Shown here piece after piece: positions 56,574 to 64,000 of a DNA stretch of 64,000 nt. The notes beneath the pieces are model-generated. The model saw only the letters and a list, made by a program, of their open reading frames with translations. It searched no databases and was not told where the DNA came from. Source of the stretch: Blastocystis sp. Blastoise. Taxonomy: Eukaryota > Protista > Bigyra: Opalinata. Numbering within the stretch: the first letter of the stretch is position 1; each line of letters begins with the position of its first letter. A program made the position numbers and the translations under genes. The stretch lies in contig JBBPEB010000026.1 in assembly GCA_039096225.1 (NCBI GenBank), positions 310,001 through 374,000 of the forward strand, written 5' to 3'.

Positions 56574-57529
56574 TTTCTTTTCGTTAAGGAAATGTGAAAA
56601 AAATAAAAAAAATAATTAACAAATTTTGGTATTCATTTTCTTAACAATAACTGATATTGATGAAGACAAAAAGTCAGTATTTGTAACCAATGAATATTAT
56701 GACACACATGAAATAAATTAATGGAAACAAATATAATATATAAAAATCCAGGCCTAAATAGAGTTTATATTAAGAAAAAAAGAGTATATACCCCCTATCA
56801 TCAATTTGATTGGTTAGATTTTACTTGGTGTATAGATATAGGCTTATTTTACTTTTATGTGTTTATACATGAATGGCTTTATTATTTTCTTAATTTGAAA
56901 TAGAATAAAGATATTTTTATTTTTAATAGAACCTATAGTTATTTTTTTTAATATTGACATAACAAAATAAATACACAGATGATATAAACTATGTTTATAA
57001 TTGAATACGCAAAAATTGATAGGATTTTGGTTTTATCAAGAGGCTGAAGAATATATCTTTCATTAGTTTGAGATAGCTGGAATGCATCAGGTGATAATAA
57101 TCTGTAAATTACTTTGTTATTTTTTAAGAAACTTGATGAGTTTCAAAGCATACATAATTAGATAATCTAGTTGAATAGAAGAGTCATTATAACTCTTTTC
57201 TATTAGTTCATATCAATATATCATGTATTTTTGAATATACAAACAAGCATATTATCACACAAGGATCGATATCAATGAAATTAGCATTGTTTTCTGTGCC
57301 ATTCCATGTTGTAAAGCATTTTTAATGTAAAAGAAGGACAGAATTTCATAAAGAAGATCTATTTCATTACAAGAGTAGTAAATAATATATACTTTTTATA
57401 TTTAGTATATCTTATTATATACGCAATGCATAATTAATTAAAATAAATAAAAGAAAAAGAAGAGTGTGAAGGAGAAAAATAATAAAAACAACACAGAAAT
57501 TTCAAATACTGTTGTTTTTTATATTCATT

Positions 57530-59904
<2,375 letters not shown>

Positions 59905-60191
59905 CTATATATGTATATATATAAGCAATTTGATTTCATTACTCCTCTTTGTCCTTTTATTTTAACTTTTAATAATTATTTTTATTGATTTAGTTTTTTA
60001 ATATCTATGTAGTTCATTCAAAAAATCTTAATTCTATCTTTTGTACAACTACATAACAAATAAACAAAATAAATGCATGATAATAATAAAGCGCATGAAT
60101 TCTTTTATTTGAAATAGACAGAAAGAAATAGCATACGAATAACAATAATGATAATAAAAACAATAATAATCGTAATAAAATAATAAAAAAA

Positions 60192-61619
60192 TTATTCAGG
60201 ATATTTTAAACAAGGTAATTTTATTACCTTTTTAAATGTAAAAGTACCAAACATGGTGAACATAAAGCCAAATAATTGAATAAGAGAATTCCAAGTAATT
60301 GCTTCTCCAAATTGTAAATTACCAGAAGGAACAGCGTATGAATAATAAATAATAATATTTACAATCCAAATACATAATGTACGTACTGATTCTAATATAG
60401 TACGATAAACAGCAGAATAATATCCAGTAACCATCATGGCAAATAAATTATATCCAAGAATTACAAAAACATAGCATATGACTAATGTTAATATAAGATT
60501 ATTATTTCCTATCATAATAAATGTATCGATTGTATCTTCATGGAATAACTTTGCAACTAAATGATTATCAGTAGGAGTATAATAAATACCAACAAGAATA
60601 AAAGCACCTACTATTCCTCCCCATAAACCTTCAAATCCAACAATAATAGTGGCAGGAGCTTTAACATTTCTTAATAGATGCTCTTCTATAATAAGTTGTG
60701 TTGCTTGGACTAATTGAGAGAATAATATTAATACAATAGCAAAAACAGTTTCTGAAGTATTTCCTGACACAAGACTTGAGCTATTACTATCTCCAAAATT
60801 AATCAAAGACGCACAAGCAACAATAACTAAACCAATTACAACACTAGCTATAGATATCCATTCATAAGCAGCATATCTCTTTTTCAAAAAGATAATTGAA
60901 ATTAAAGCAGAAAATATAATCATAGAACCACGTAACATCTGCCAAATAGAAGCAGAAATCCAAAATAAACCTAAATTCAACAGACATGTAGCAACTAGAT
61001 CACATAATGCAGGAACAATAATCATAAAATATTGCTAAATATATATAATAATTAAATTAGAAGAAATTGAGGAGAAGGAGGCATAAAAATAATGATAATA
61101 ATAAATAATTATTGATATTTAGACTTGAAGAGATTGAAGAGAAGAAGAAAAAGAAACAATAATAATAATCAATAATATTTTATATTAAGATTAAAAGAGA
61201 TTGAGAAGAAGAAGAAGGTATAAAAATAATGATAATAATAATGATTAAATATATACAGTCCAACTAGTTTTTTTTGTTCCAGAATCTGTTGTAACAATAG
61301 AAGAGGATGATGAATTTGTAGAAGAAGGTTGAGGTATTTGAACAGTACTTGAATGAGGACTAATCTTCTTATGAATACCTTTTCTAAAGATAATCTGATA
61401 GATTTTTTGAAATGCAAAAATAATAAAACATAGTAGCATGCCACAAAACATCAATTCCGTTAAGAACCAAGGTTTGTTAAAGAAGTGATCTTCAGGATTC
61501 CCTTCTGCATCAATTCCAGTTGAGTTAACCGACGTCAAAAATTTTTGTATAGTCACAGTACCTGTTCCAAAGATAAGCATACATGGTATCGAAGAATATT
61601 GAGCAAATGGATCAGCCAT
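60192..61619 (-). CDS. SLC35F6: SLC35F6-like DMT/nucleotide-sugar transporter, 2 exons
   Basis: HFFNKPWF.T..MF.GM..C, PALCDL.AT.L...GL..ISASIWQMLRG and VGFEG.WG, SAVYRTILESVRT..IW. Confidence 0.85.
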
Positions 61620-62374
61620 TACCGAAACAAGAATGATAAACAACCAATAATAAGTATATTTCTCTGAATAAGCAGAAGATCATTATCCAAAAAAACGGCA
61701 TTTCATAAATATCGTATTAACAAAATGGACGTGTTCATATTTTTTTTAAACAAACTTTCTATATATGCTGAAATTATCATTTTTATATATTTTGTTCATA
61801 ACAATTCATATCCTAAATATAATAATGTTATATATGATCGGTACACGTAGTATGAATACAACTTCATACCAAAGAAACTGTATCATACATTTCTCAAAGT
61901 ATTTAATATGAATACTCTGTGCATTGTATATCTCAGCGAATCTGTACAATCCAAATAAAACATATATTTTAAAAAACACGACATATTAAACTTCAATTAT
62001 GACCAATTCTTTTTTTATCATCGGATTTTGTGTTCTCATTGTTTTTGACTATTTCTAAAGAGTACTCTTATTCATATGAATAAAAAGAAATTATAAAGAA
62101 GAAAGAAAAATGGAAGTCGACACCATTTCATTGCATAGTACTTCATTTATTTCAGTTGATTCCATCTAGTTCCATAAATAATGAACTTTCACACAATAAA
62201 ATGATATTCAATAGAATAAATCATAAAGATATAAGTGTTTTAAGATGAAAAAAGAATACCTCATAATCGCGGGAAAATAGGAGAAACTTGGAGATCCTTT
62301 GATTTCCATGTTTTTGAGATAGAAATGAGGAATTTTTGTATTTACTTTTTAATTACAAGTGTTCATATACAGAA

Positions 62375-63100
62375 ATGTTATCAGTATTGGCTAGAAACGT
62401 TGTCAGAACAAGCAAGAGAATTGTTGCTTCTGGAAGTTCATTTAGATTTTATTCTTATGAAGATTCGATCACAGGAAGACCCGATAAATATGAACATTAT
62501 AATAATATGGAGATCGATGATCTGAATAAATATGATCGTTTTAATTACAATCAGCCAATTGTTATTTCTGATGGACGTCATAACGATCAAGCACATCTTC
62601 TTTGGACTCCTACTTTAGGAAAACTCAAAATTTCTGGAATAGCCTATCATAACCCTACTGCTGATTTTTTAATTCACACCTTACGTTCTCATAAGAACTC
62701 TGAGAATAATATCGTTATTCAAAATCCTTTTGCTGATCCTTCTACTGTTGTTAAAGATAATGATACACCAGAAGATTGTGTTGGAGGAGTATTTTTTTAT
62801 TTTGTTATTATTCTATTTTATTATATGTTTAACTTATTTTATTATATTTTATTATTTTTATTATACGTTTAACTTATTTTATTATTTTTATTATAAGTTT
62901 AACTTATTCTATTTTATTATTTTTATTATAAGTTTAACTTATTTTATTATATAGATACGTCAGTATTTGAGTAAGTCTCCTATTTTATATGTACAAGATT
63001 GTACAATGAATTCTTTTTTAAAAGACGAAATAGATCTTCGTATATATACTGAAGACCCTGTAACTGCATTTGTTATGAAAAATATGACGGTATAGAGATA

Positions 63101-63177
<77 letters not shown>

Positions 63178-63334
63178 GATCCGAAGTCCTTTATTTCCTA
63201 AGCATATAACTCCTTCTATTTCTATATATATCGCTACAGGATATTCGAAACCATGTATATATACACGTATGAATGAAAATAAAGCAAGTATTGTTGTAGG
63301 AGGAAATGTCAATTATTCTACTATTTTAGATGTA

Positions 63335-63399
<65 letters not shown>

Positions 63400-64000
63400 A
63401 TTTTTATTAGTATTTCTTTTTGTATAAATATTTTTATAATCTTATGTATATAAGTATATCGTTTTATATTCATTTCTATATTATGTGAATATTTATTTAA
63501 AATTACATATCTTTATACTAAACCAATTATTCTTATTTACATCTATATATATATATATATATATATAATTATTTATATAGACTATTGCAGATATGTGTAA
63601 TGAAGTCTATACTTATGGTACAATCACAGAATTACCGAAAGAAGCGACGGCCAACCAACCCGAGAAAGTCGTTCCCCCTATCGCTAAAATATCTGCCTTT
63701 GACCGTCATATTAAAAAGATTGATAATCAATTTGAAGGTAGTGAAAAACTGTTAAGTAAATACGTTTTACGAAGTGATATTATTCGTAGTCCAGACGGAG
63801 TAGCATGTGCCGTTGTCGGCATGAACAGAGAAATGAGAGAAAAAGCATATGAGAAAAAAGCATTGTAAGTATTTTATTAGGGTTTTTTCTAATATTTTAT
63901 ATTTATTTATTATATTATGTTTATTATTATTTTATTTTTTTTTATTATGCTTTATTATTGTTTTATTATATTTATTATGTCTATTATTATTTTATAGATT
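62375..64000 (+). CDS. Mitochondrion-targeted PEPCK(ATP)-fold-like protein, likely non-catalytic; runs past the window end
   Basis: Arg/Ser-rich presequence MLSVLARNVVRTSKRIVASG. YLSKSPILYVQD...LRIYTEDPVTAFVMKNMTIR resembles the PEPCK N-domain. Confidence 0.55.

Overview
Very AT-rich, intron-dense eukaryotic nuclear DNA read in the standard genetic code. Introns are GT-AG, typically GTATAT...ATATAG, and swollen with (TAT)n, (TA)n and (TTTA)n microsatellites; most short ORFs in the supplied track are artefacts of these repeats. Gene content suggests an anaerobic gut stramenopile such as an AT-rich Blastocystis-like lineage (inference only). By splicing exons by hand I find about 20 protein genes and one tRNA-Glu(TTC). 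In order: a large low-complexity membrane protein, a CGGBP1-like hAT transposase, an intronless secreted QRT3-like pectin-lyase-fold enzyme, an FHA-2xUBZ4-telobox Myb protein, CDC26, mitochondrial uL13, ABHD18, a BTB-like/TLDc protein, MetRS, a nitroreductase, TRM82/WDR4, GPAT, a GT-A glycosyltransferase, TAT-SF1, the CCA-adding enzyme, three tandem MFS paralogs, a capping-enzyme-like protein, SLC35F6 and a PEPCK-like protein. The most notable observations are: (1) the FHA-UBZ-UBZ-telobox fusion; (2) a capping-enzyme homolog that has lost both catalytic nucleophiles but keeps an intact frame; (3) a CCCG(C/T)G motif strongly over-represented regardless of strand and reading frame; (4) a U12-type AT-AC intron in TRM82; (5) the QRT3-like enzyme; (6) a mitochondrion-targeted pseudo-PEPCK; (7) a TACCCCCT footprint shared by the three MFS promoters. 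All family assignments come from recognising motifs by eye; no database searches were run.
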